64,000 nucleotides of DNA. Origin: a virus (taxonomy: Duplodnaviria > Caudoviricetes). The translations under genes were made by a program, and so were the position numbers. The notes beneath the pieces are model-generated. The model was given only the letters and a program-made list of their open reading frames with translations. It searched no databases and was not told the DNA's origin. Of this stretch, positions 39,605-48,918 are shown piece by piece (the first letter of the stretch is position 1; each line of letters opens with the position of its first letter). The stretch lies in IMG/VR virus record IMGVR_UViG_3300028624_000003, positions 32,001 to 96,000 of that record; one strand, 5' to 3'.

Positions 39605-40654
39605 ATGATCGACGTAACTAGCCTTCTCAAGAATATCTTCGGGCATGCGACCAACGATGGTTCCGACTCGCCGGAAGCACCGATCTTCGGATTGGTGGTC
39701 AGAGAAATGGGGCATCCTTCGGTACGGCACGGCAAAATCATACGTTACGGGGATGACGTGACTCCTTCACGTGTGACTCTCAATCCTGAGCTGTACTACA
39801 GTAGCCCCTGTACCTCCACGTTCATCAAGACCAAAGAAATCGAGGTCACTGACGAGTATGACGCACAAGAAGTGGTCGTGCTTGTCGGAGACACGATCGA
39901 AATCAATGCACGGCTTGCGGCAAAATGCGTGGTCCTGATCGCAAACAAGATCACCATGTCTGCGGACATCTGCGCAAAGTACCTGTATTGCGGGTCGCTC
40001 GAGCATTGTGATGTGGAGGGTAAGCTCTCGAATGTGTACTGCGCACGAATTCGCACGTACTGCATGGCGGATGAGTTCGAAGCAGTCAAATGCACCATCG
40101 GTAAGACCATCGAAGGTGCACGAGACGCGGAGATGAACGCGGCAGAGTCGCTCAAGTACGTCAACGCGGCCACGAAAACGATTCGTACTCTCGTGGAAAG
40201 AAAACATGAACTGGAGGATTCCGTATCGGAAACTGATCGTTTCTGGTGCAACACGCAAAACACGCAGAACCTGAAGAAAACTTCGCACCCCACGATCACC
40301 GACTGGCTTGTGGATTCGAGTGATACGAGTACTGTCGATAAGAGTACGGTATCTCACGAAACTTCCAAACCGGTAACAAGCGAAGAATCTTCGACTCCTT
40401 CCCAGGAGCAGGCCGCATCGGTGTCCGGCACTTCTGAGGATGTGGAAGCACCGCGACAGACCAACATCAGATTCGATGCAGTCGATGATGCGGACACTGA
40501 CGAAGAGCTCGATATACCTGACTTGTTCCTGATCGGCAAAGGTGGCAGCATTGACGACAGGATCAAGCCCACGGTAGTCACCGATTCGACTACCACCGAT
40601 GAGACTACCGAGCAAAACAAGCAGACGGTCACGACTCGTCGGCGCAGTAAGTGA
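39605..40654 (+). CDS. Hypothetical protein with a low-complexity S/T/D/E C-terminal half
   Basis: AAGGAG RBS, 349 aa. Confidence 0.75.
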   Translation: MIDVTSLLKNIFGHATNDGSDSPEAPIFGLVVREMGHPSVRHGKIIRYGDDVTPSRVTLNPELYYSSPCTSTFIKTKEIEVTDEYDAQEVVVLVGDTIEINARLAAKCVVLIANKITMSADICAKYLYCGSLEHCDVEGKLSNVYCARIRTYCMADEFEAVKCTIGKTIEGARDAEMNAAESLKYVNAATKTIRTLVERKHELEDSVSETDRFWCNTQNTQNLKKTSHPTITDWLVDSSDTSTVDKSTVSHETSKPVTSEESSTPSQEQAASVSGTSEDVEAPRQTNIRFDAVDDADTDEELDIPDLFLIGKGGSIDDRIKPTVVTDSTTTDETTEQNKQTVTTRRRSK

Positions 40655-40766
40655 ACGGACCAGGAGGGGGATAAAACCCCCCTCCTGTCTTTAATTTTTT
40701 GTATATATAACTGCAGCTGAGAGGTACCTCGGATGGGTACCTCTCAGTATGTATTTTTGGTGGACA

Positions 40767-41390
40767 TTAGAACATGTGGATCAATTCAGTTTTTGCAAAA
40801 GCATATCCGACGGATATAGCGTCTGCGTCGTGTTCACAAAGAGCCACTGCGTTTTCTTCACTCAGTTGATCTTTGTGTACGGGAACTACGTCAAATGAGA
40901 TTTCAGGATTGGACAGGACAGATTCGATTACTTCGACTTTGTTACTGGTTCCTCTACCTGAGATCGCCAACTTGATTGTCGAGGGAGCAAGTTTGTGCAA
41001 CTTACTAGCAGTCAGCGGGATGCTATTTTCATCTTTGTAAAGATGAAATAACGTACGAGAGATTACGTGAATACACAGCAGAAGCGCAGCGTGTGCACCT
41101 GGTGTACGACTGTTGAAGTAGGTATCTTCAGATACCACGTAATCTGGTTGATATTTTTTCATCAACCTGCACACTTCGTCCTCGACCACATCGAGAGCGA
41201 TTAGTCTGGTACCGTGTTCGAGTACTGCGTCTTTTTGTTTCTTAGCCATTCGAGTGGCATGTGTCACACCGTGACAGCGTACGCGGTAGTCGATAGGGTC
41301 TACTTGGTAGTCACCTATAGCCCACCCGAGGTTGGTGGTACCAGGGTCAAATGAGAGGATCCGTTTGGTGATAGGTGCTGCACGTTCCAT
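40767..41390 (-). CDS. ruvC: RuvC-like Holliday junction resolvase
   Basis: ILSFDPGTTNLGW, VVSED, PSTIK..ISGRG...K, HDADAI. Confidence 0.88.
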   Translation of the reverse strand: MERAAPITKRILSFDPGTTNLGWAIGDYQVDPIDYRVRCHGVTHATRMAKKQKDAVLEHGTRLIALDVVEDEVCRLMKKYQPDYVVSEDTYFNSRTPGAHAALLLCIHVISRTLFHLYKDENSIPLTASKLHKLAPSTIKLAISGRGTSNKVEVIESVLSNPEISFDVVPVHKDQLSEENAVALCEHDADAISVGYAFAKTELIHMF

Positions 41391-41410
41391 ATCAAACCTT
41401 GAGACGATGG

Positions 41411-43132
41411 CTAGTATTTGAAGAATTCATCCTTCGCTAGTTCAGCCATCTCTGCGTAGTTGGGCAAGCCGAAATAATCGTGACCAATCCAAACTGCATT
41501 CTCCACAGGATTTGCGATCCCTCCGAACAGTGGTTCAATGAGCTCAGTAGGTACACCTTCGATTGCCACAGTAGTCGAAAGCTTGGTTTCTTTCGAGATC
41601 CCGTATCCTGACTTGTACGAAGGATAGATTGCTTTGTAGTCAACGTCAGACACACATACAAGAATCATTGATTCGTAGTCTGGTCGTTCTATTACGCAAT
41701 TTGTTCCGATGTCTTTGCAAAGATCTGCACGCAGAACTGCACCACCGACTTTGCCGAGCAGATGGTCGTACGGTCCTGTCATATCTTTACCAGTGGTAGC
41801 GAAGACACGATTGTGTGCCAGTGCAAACTTATAGTAGTTGTCCCTGAGCATGACAGACTGTTTAGAGAATGCGCTCAGTGGACTGTCACCAGTCAGGTTC
41901 CACATAGCAGTAGTGTCGTGGTTCTTTTCTTCCATCAGTACTTCGAGTAATGCGTCCTGTATGTTGTAGACTACATACTCGCAGAAATATTCTGATTGCA
42001 TTTTGTGGTGGTCTGCAGAATACTGACTGATTTCCGAATCACCGAATGTCATCTTACCAAAACCTAGTTCTTCGGTGGCGATGAAATCCAGTTTGTATGT
42101 AGGCTTCTTTTTGTCAGTTTTTCTTATTCTGGCATACAGAAGCATGCTATCGACGAATTGTGACATAGAAGTACAATACAACCAGTGCCACTTATCCGCG
42201 ATGTGTTGTGTGTTCTTCTTATCTCTGATATAGTGGAAATGTTTCCACCTGTCCGGAACTGAAGGATGACTGAACACATCTTCGGGACGAACTCCATAGT
42301 AATTCAGCCTGTCTACGATTTTTGGTATGTCGTAGTCTATGTTCCAGATACCGATAAAGTCGGTTTCTTCCTTATGGATTTTCTCAAATATCCAGTAGAT
42401 ACATTCCAACTCGGTATCGCAGATCTCCAAGTTCAAATTGTAGTCTACAGTCTTTGCACCATCTGGATATGGCAGAGTTATACGTAACTTACCATCAGGA
42501 AGGAATTCTCCTAAATATTTGGTAATTGCTTCATAGATATCATCGCGATATGCTTTCTTTTTGTGACCGTCTTCATACCGCCACATAAAGTCATCTAGTA
42601 CTGCGGTGTAGATAGTTCCGTTCGTAATAAACGTGATGACGTTAATTCGTTTACAACCAAGCACGCTTGATTCGATGTCAAATCCACCGAATGTGATTGG
42701 TGCAGTAGCATGTGCTCTACTGTTGTTATACTTCATTCGAACTAGAGCTTCCATGCTCACGTCGGCATTGTAGATAAACGGAGAGTTGCACAACTCACGC
42801 AAACCTACTTTCTTATATTCAGGATATCCTAGTATTTGCTTCAGATCGTCTACAAGATATCTGTCATCGCAGATGTACATGTCGACTTTATTCATTTCTT
42901 CAGTTTCTTTTTTGTCTTTATGATTACGAAACTGAGGCTTAGTCACGAATATACGCCGTTTAGGATTAAGCAGCGCATTGTCGTTCACTGTCAACCGATT
43001 ACGGACTTCAAGTACATCGCTTGTATCGGAATCTATTGTCACGATCTTTTCTTTGACGATCATGTTGTTGCCGAAGTTATTTCTAACGTAACAACTGTGT
43101 ATCCACTGTCTAGCAGTAATAGGGGTACCCAT
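41411..43132 (-). CDS. Family-B DNA polymerase, exonuclease/motif-A half (split polymerase)
   Basis: ExoI FDIES, ExoII WNIDYDIP, ExoIII YNIQD, motif A DYKAIYPS; motifs B and C absent. Confidence 0.85.
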   Translation of the reverse strand: MGTPITARQWIHSCYVRNNFGNNMIVKEKIVTIDSDTSDVLEVRNRLTVNDNALLNPKRRIFVTKPQFRNHKDKKETEEMNKVDMYICDDRYLVDDLKQILGYPEYKKVGLRELCNSPFIYNADVSMEALVRMKYNNSRAHATAPITFGGFDIESSVLGCKRINVITFITNGTIYTAVLDDFMWRYEDGHKKKAYRDDIYEAITKYLGEFLPDGKLRITLPYPDGAKTVDYNLNLEICDTELECIYWIFEKIHKEETDFIGIWNIDYDIPKIVDRLNYYGVRPEDVFSHPSVPDRWKHFHYIRDKKNTQHIADKWHWLYCTSMSQFVDSMLLYARIRKTDKKKPTYKLDFIATEELGFGKMTFGDSEISQYSADHHKMQSEYFCEYVVYNIQDALLEVLMEEKNHDTTAMWNLTGDSPLSAFSKQSVMLRDNYYKFALAHNRVFATTGKDMTGPYDHLLGKVGGAVLRADLCKDIGTNCVIERPDYESMILVCVSDVDYKAIYPSYKSGYGISKETKLSTTVAIEGVPTELIEPLFGGIANPVENAVWIGHDYFGLPNYAEMAELAKDEFFKY

Positions 43133-43273
43133 TGCAATCCTCGCGATCTTTGAGCTGGAATGGAAACTATACCATTAGTGTCAGTGGCTAAAATAAACAT
43201 AAAGCAAAGAGGAGAGGTGGACCCCCCGAAGGGTCCACCTCTCTTCTGTTTGGGCCGTATCTGGAGGATACGA

Positions 43274-45595
43274 TTACGGACGGGGATCCATGACCGGGTA
43301 CTTGGACCAGTCGATGGGAGTGTTGATGTCCGGCAGAATGGTTTCAAGATCCTGCACAGTGATCAGCAGACCCGACGGGCACAGGGGCACGGGCATTTCA
43401 CGGTTGTTCATGTACATGCGCTTGTTGACCTGGTTGGTGTCAACCGGGGTGTAGGTGGACACGAACTGACCACCATCCCAGTTGTGCGCGAAGGACAGAT
43501 CGGATGCAGGATCAGCCGCATGGAACGGAATGATCATGATCTTGTCCTGCATGTAGTCGAAGGTCGTCGAGATGCACTCGAGACGAACGCCAGAAGGCAG
43601 AATGCGCACGAATTCGACAGGCTCGCCGATCTCCTTCTTCTGGTAGATCCGCTCCGCATCCATGCCCTGAGGCATCTGATGATTGTGGATGTGCGGGATC
43701 GAAAGGAGGCACTCGATGATGGGCCCGGAGGTCAGCACCTTGTAGGTGGGGATTTCGCCGTTGTTCAGCTGCTGTACGTACAGCGAGCGGAAGTGCAGGA
43801 TCGAGATCATCTTCGTCAGATACGCATCAACGTACTGACGGATGTCGCCGAGCATGTCGGACGAACGGATGTTCACGACCTTGCTGAGCTGGATGGAGCC
43901 CATCATGACGGTCGGGTTGACACGCTGACCGGACACGAACGCGGTGTTCAGAGTGGCACCGTCGTTGGCGTTGCGGTAGTTGGGATCGTTGGCTTCCATG
44001 CGGCTCTGGTCATGGACATGACGCATGAGCTTCAGGAACATCTGCAGGTTACGGTGGTCGATACCGATGGCCTGAACTTCCTGACCGGTGTTCAGTACGT
44101 GTTCGGCGACCGCCTGCTGCATGGAGAAGTCGACAACGATCGACTTGCCCTGGGGCAGTTCGTAGTGGGCAGTGTAGGTCTGCGTACGAACAGCCATGTT
44201 GACCTTGCGCATGTTTTCGTCGCTGAACTTGGCGTCAAGCGAGTAACCCACGGGCGAGATCTTGATGCTGTTGGCAAGGGTGCGCACGGCTTCAGTCACG
44301 GGGCTACCGTTGGCAGTGCGTGCCATCGCAGTCATGTTCGCAATGGCGAAAGCCACCGCAGTCTTCAGGTTGATCTCGGTGGACACGAAGATCTTCAGTT
44401 CGACGATGTCGTTGCCGGCAGGGTCGATGGTGGAGAAGATCGCCGTAGCAGCACCGCCGCTGGTCTTGGTGTCCTTGTTCATCTTCACGCTGACCGTGAG
44501 CTGAGTGGCACGTTCACCAGAGTCATTCACCTGTGCAGGCATGACGAGACGAGACTTCTTCGCAGCAGACACGTCAACGACCATGCGTTCGGTGATCTCG
44601 CTGCCACCTTCAGGGGTGTAGGTCAGGTCGAAGTACACCTTGTCGAGGATGACACCTTCCGAGACGAGGTCGGTGTAGTTGTAGTTGTTGTAGCCGATCT
44701 TCGTGGGGTCGAGTGTCAGGTCAAACATGTTGACACGCGCACCGAACATCATCACGCCGTCAGCCACGAGCTTGGGATTCGTCGGATCGGTGTCCTTGTC
44801 CTTCATCGGGACAATGGGTACCAGCTGCATCTGTACGGGATTGGGGTTGCGGTACAGCGACACGATCGGGAGACGATGGTCGTAGCTGTTGCGCACGTCG
44901 CCGGACTGGTTCTGCGACTTGGTGAGGTCGTAGAATTCGTCAGCGTGAATCACGTACTGGATGACCGAGCCAGCGAGGGTGTGACGATGAATCAGTCGGC
45001 TCATGATACCCTTGTGGGGCTTGAGCAGATTGACAGTCATGGCCAGACGCACGTCGGGAAGAACCACGTCCATCGAAGCACCGAATGCTTCACTGCCGGG
45101 ACGCACTTCGCCGAAGGTGACATCGGACAGAGCGGCAGCGGGGTACATGTTCGTGTAGGGACGGCAGTCCGAGTTGCCACGATTGTCCCATTGAGCGGTC
45201 TGAACCGTGCGGGAGATGTGACGCTGCAGCGTCTGGAACATCGCGGTGGCAGTTTCAGCACGCTTACCTGCGGGAATGTGCAGTTCTTCGCACAGTTCAA
45301 GCAACGAGTCTGCTATGCTGCGGCTGACGAGAGAGTCCTGAGTCGCCGTGGAAGGCATGTAGGATTCCATCGCACGAGCTTCTGAGTAGCAGAAGTTGTT
45401 GTCCCAAAGATTGGAACCGTAGAGCGAATGATCGTTCAGGAACTTCACCACTGCGTTGTAGGCCTTGCCCACGAGACTGCGGTCCTGAATCGACATCTGC
45501 TTGTCGAAAGTCGGCATCCCTACGACAGGAATACCCTTCAGTTCTGCGGAGGCGCGCAGATCGCGTTCAAATGCTGCAAAAATTTCATTACCCAT
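43274..45595 (-). CDS. Major capsid protein, phiKZ gp120-like
   Basis: About 773 aa, AGGAG RBS before ATG 45595, very strong codon bias, N-terminal A/G-x-E sites, order DnaB / acidic protein / capsid as in phiKZ. Confidence 0.8.
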   Translation of the reverse strand: MGNEIFAAFERDLRASAELKGIPVVGMPTFDKQMSIQDRSLVGKAYNAVVKFLNDHSLYGSNLWDNNFCYSEARAMESYMPSTATQDSLVSRSIADSLLELCEELHIPAGKRAETATAMFQTLQRHISRTVQTAQWDNRGNSDCRPYTNMYPAAALSDVTFGEVRPGSEAFGASMDVVLPDVRLAMTVNLLKPHKGIMSRLIHRHTLAGSVIQYVIHADEFYDLTKSQNQSGDVRNSYDHRLPIVSLYRNPNPVQMQLVPIVPMKDKDTDPTNPKLVADGVMMFGARVNMFDLTLDPTKIGYNNYNYTDLVSEGVILDKVYFDLTYTPEGGSEITERMVVDVSAAKKSRLVMPAQVNDSGERATQLTVSVKMNKDTKTSGGAATAIFSTIDPAGNDIVELKIFVSTEINLKTAVAFAIANMTAMARTANGSPVTEAVRTLANSIKISPVGYSLDAKFSDENMRKVNMAVRTQTYTAHYELPQGKSIVVDFSMQQAVAEHVLNTGQEVQAIGIDHRNLQMFLKLMRHVHDQSRMEANDPNYRNANDGATLNTAFVSGQRVNPTVMMGSIQLSKVVNIRSSDMLGDIRQYVDAYLTKMISILHFRSLYVQQLNNGEIPTYKVLTSGPIIECLLSIPHIHNHQMPQGMDAERIYQKKEIGEPVEFVRILPSGVRLECISTTFDYMQDKIMIIPFHAADPASDLSFAHNWDGGQFVSTYTPVDTNQVNKRMYMNNREMPVPLCPSGLLITVQDLETILPDINTPIDWSKYPVMDPRP

Positions 45596-45636
45596 GGATA
45601 AGCTCCTGAGGAGGCTGATGTTGATGAAGTGCACTT

Positions 45637-47133
45637 CTATACATCAATTTCTACTGCGAACTGGCGGAGGACCGACTTGGTGGTATCTGCATCCACTATG
45701 TCAATCCAATCCGAGATCCACATCCGAAGGAATGCGACAGTTTCATTGGACATACTGGACGGGGGATTGTTGACGAGATTGACGAGAGCGTTTGTGGCAG
45801 CCTTGCGGAACATGAAGTCCGAGAAGGTTTCTGCTGTGACGATTTTGAAGATAATGGCAGTAGGATCTTCCGGTTCTTTCACTGTGTCTGTCAGTTGATC
45901 GGCGCCATCGCCGGAACCGGAGTCACCAGAGTCGGTACCCGACTCATCACCAAAATCATCATCACCGCCAAAGTCATCGCCAGTGTCGCTACCGAGATCA
46001 TCACCACCTGCATCGTCTGCAGAAGGATCTTCACTCGGATCCTCACCATCGTCAGAGTCCGGATCAGTATCCGGATCATCTGGCAATGGATCGGCGTCAG
46101 GAGTGCCCTGATCATCATCCTCGTTTTCATCGTCGTCCGGTTTATCTTCTTCCGCTGCAGCTGCTTCCATTGCGGCGCGCAGTTTGTAAGGTTTAAGGAA
46201 CGAAAGCTCGGCATACTTTTCAAATGCTACCATGTCGGTAGTGAGCGGATTCGCTTTCAGAAGAAAAGATGCGTCATACCCAAAACCAGAAAGAATGAAG
46301 CCAAGAGATTCCAGAGAATCTACGTCCATACGATAACGTGACTGCAGTAGCTGAAATGACCTCAAAAACTCGTTACGTGCGCCTCTGGTATTCACCATGT
46401 TGGTATCACGGTTCCGAAGAATTGAGTTCAGAGCACCAGCGAGAGTCTTGGGTGCATCGTAGGTGGCGTAAGGCTCAACATAGAAAGATTGCAATGTTGC
46501 GACAAACTGTTTCCAGTTTTGTCCAGTCCAATCAAGTCGGTGGAGATATTCCAGTGCAGGCGTATTCGAGAAAGTCGCACTCGCCTGAAGATCGCACGAA
46601 GCAAACCGCTTAGGAACAAAAACGACTGAGTGCCCGCCGCTCTTGATGTTCTGCAGTGTAGGAACCAGCAGCAGAGCGCCATTATACCGCTCACGCTTAT
46701 CCTTGCGCATGGTCTTCAGATAGGGTACATAGAAATCCTCTTCCAGCATCTGGAACTTCGGATCGCATGTCGCACAATCGCCGAGTATCATCGTCAGTCC
46801 GGTGTAGTCCACGATGGGTTTACCGTGCAGCAATGTCGACATGATCGACACATACCTCTGATAGAGGTCACTCGACATAGTATTCGTATTTTCAGGAATG
46901 CTGGTGGGAACCAGTCTGAGCATTCGCTGCAGATACTGCTCCATGGAGGGAGCTGCGCCGCTGTTCATTTCGGCGATATACCGAGCGAGAAACGCCTGAG
47001 TGACAAATACTTTTACCTTGTTCTGTGGTGCAATGTCGGCTGCCGCCAACTCTTCGATGGACATAAAGTTCCCAGGAAGAGCACCGGGGTCGGTGACGGA
47101 ACTCACTTTGTTGACACAAAGAAACTGGATCAT
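45637..47133 (-). CDS. Head-associated protein with a long Asp/Gly-rich tract, phiKZ gp119 position
   Basis: GGAGGAG RBS before ATG 47133; AMEA motif precedes the acidic tract. Confidence 0.6.
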   Translation of the reverse strand: MIQFLCVNKVSSVTDPGALPGNFMSIEELAAADIAPQNKVKVFVTQAFLARYIAEMNSGAAPSMEQYLQRMLRLVPTSIPENTNTMSSDLYQRYVSIMSTLLHGKPIVDYTGLTMILGDCATCDPKFQMLEEDFYVPYLKTMRKDKRERYNGALLLVPTLQNIKSGGHSVVFVPKRFASCDLQASATFSNTPALEYLHRLDWTGQNWKQFVATLQSFYVEPYATYDAPKTLAGALNSILRNRDTNMVNTRGARNEFLRSFQLLQSRYRMDVDSLESLGFILSGFGYDASFLLKANPLTTDMVAFEKYAELSFLKPYKLRAAMEAAAAEEDKPDDDENEDDDQGTPDADPLPDDPDTDPDSDDGEDPSEDPSADDAGGDDLGSDTGDDFGGDDDFGDESGTDSGDSGSGDGADQLTDTVKEPEDPTAIIFKIVTAETFSDFMFRKAATNALVNLVNNPPSSMSNETVAFLRMWISDWIDIVDADTTKSVLRQFAVEIDV

Positions 47134-47276
47134 CTGCTCCTCCCGAAATGGAAGTTTATTTGTAGTATAGCGCATAACATATATTTTGGAACCCCGTAAT
47201 TTTAAGAATGTGTCTTTATCTACGCCGAATTGGATAGTATGTCTCGCTACCTAAGTAACTATCCGGAGTACTTCAA

Positions 47277-48830
47277 ATGGCCGTCATAACAACCGAAGTC
47301 TTACTTGATGCACTCGCACTAATATCGTCAGGTAAAGACCCGCGAGATGTAGAAATCATCGACGATCTGATTGAAATCTATACCAATGATCAAAAGAGCA
47401 ATAGCGCACTAGAAGATGGTCTCACGAGAAAGTTCATTTCTATATTGAACACAATGAAGACTACACAGAATGACGAGAAAGGTGCACGTGATCGTAAAGC
47501 ACTTTTGCTCGGCTTCTTCTCTGACCCCATCATTAAGAATGATGAACTTACCTATCGCACAATGCGAGAGCTATTCGACTCGGTCGAGAATGCCCCTGAA
47601 AAAGTACAAGAGAGCATCGTCGAAGATATTCGCAGAAAGCTCAAAAACAATATTCTCTGGAATAGAACCAACAAGTACGTTCGCAGAATGTACGGCAAAT
47701 TGAACTCGTGTAATCTTACCACAGACATCGAAGAGCAAGAACGCAACATCAATGACGTAATCATGATGGCTCGTGATTTGACAGATGTCGCAAAAGATAC
47801 TGATCGACTTGCCAAAGGCTCTGTCGAAAGAATTGATATGTCTAACCTCGACTCCATCAAGAAAGCGGTCGAGCGTTACAAATCTCGAAAAGTAAACGGG
47901 ATACTTCATACCGGTTTACAAGGACTGGATAGACTCACTGGGCACCGTAGAGGGTTGGCTCGTGGCGAATCTGTATGTATCTACGCACTACTGCACAACT
48001 TCAAGTCCGGCTTACTTATGACTATTGCCAGAGGGATTATCTGCTATAACGATCCCCCGGTTGACTGTTGTGGTAAGCCCGCAGTACTGTTCATCAGTCT
48101 AGAGAACGAAGCAAACGAAAACATGATGTGGTTTTACAAAACCGCATATGAAGGAATTTATCGCAAATCCTCGAGAGACATCTCAGAAGAAGAAATCATC
48201 GAAAGAGTCCATGACATTTATCATCGTCGTGGATGGGCATTATTCATTGAGCGATGGGAAGGTACGAAGTTTGGTGCACAAGAGTTCATCAACTTGGTGG
48301 AATCGTACATCGCTCAAGGTTACGATATCGTCGCGGCATTTGTAGACTATGCTTCAAAGATGAAGAAAGCTAGTGGTGCAGGTGGTAAAGATCGTCGAGA
48401 TGACTTAGCTATCTCTGATCTCTACAACGACATGTGTACGTTCACCAAAACGAGAGGTATTCTGTTTGTTACTGCTCACCAGTTAAACCGAGAGGCAATG
48501 AAACTGGTAGCAAGTGCAGGGAATAACCACGTCAAGAAATTTTCAGCAGCGTTTGCAGGAAACAGCATCGGTGCGTCACAGGAAATAGACCTGGAAATAT
48601 TTGTACACCTAGAGACAAACCATCTAGGTAAAAAGTATCTCACTGCTTTCCGTGGAAAGCATAGATACGTAGACGACACTCCTGAAGCTCACAAGTATTT
48701 TGCACAAGAATTCACAGAATTTGGGATAGTCAGTGACCATGATACAGAACCTGCATACATCACTGACATCTACGCTGAACGTACAGAAGACACAACAAGT
48801 GATACACTCGAGTTCAGTGCATTATTCTAA
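47277..48830 (+). CDS. dnaB: DnaB-like replicative helicase
   Basis: TGLQGLD, ALLHNFKSG (phiKZ-type Walker A), ISLEN, VDY, TAHQLNR, RGKHR. Confidence 0.88.
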   Translation: MAVITTEVLLDALALISSGKDPRDVEIIDDLIEIYTNDQKSNSALEDGLTRKFISILNTMKTTQNDEKGARDRKALLLGFFSDPIIKNDELTYRTMRELFDSVENAPEKVQESIVEDIRRKLKNNILWNRTNKYVRRMYGKLNSCNLTTDIEEQERNINDVIMMARDLTDVAKDTDRLAKGSVERIDMSNLDSIKKAVERYKSRKVNGILHTGLQGLDRLTGHRRGLARGESVCIYALLHNFKSGLLMTIARGIICYNDPPVDCCGKPAVLFISLENEANENMMWFYKTAYEGIYRKSSRDISEEEIIERVHDIYHRRGWALFIERWEGTKFGAQEFINLVESYIAQGYDIVAAFVDYASKMKKASGAGGKDRRDDLAISDLYNDMCTFTKTRGILFVTAHQLNREAMKLVASAGNNHVKKFSAAFAGNSIGASQEIDLEIFVHLETNHLGKKYLTAFRGKHRYVDDTPEAHKYFAQEFTEFGIVSDHDTEPAYITDIYAERTEDTTSDTLEFSALF

Positions 48831-48918
48831 TTTATATAAAGTAGACTGGCCCGAAAGGTGCCAGTCTACCTGAAGAAATACTATGCTCTATCCATATTGA
48901 AACATCAGGGGGTTACCC

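Noticed and set aside
43160-45385. 741-aa + strand ORF
   Set aside because: Antisense shadow of the major capsid gene.
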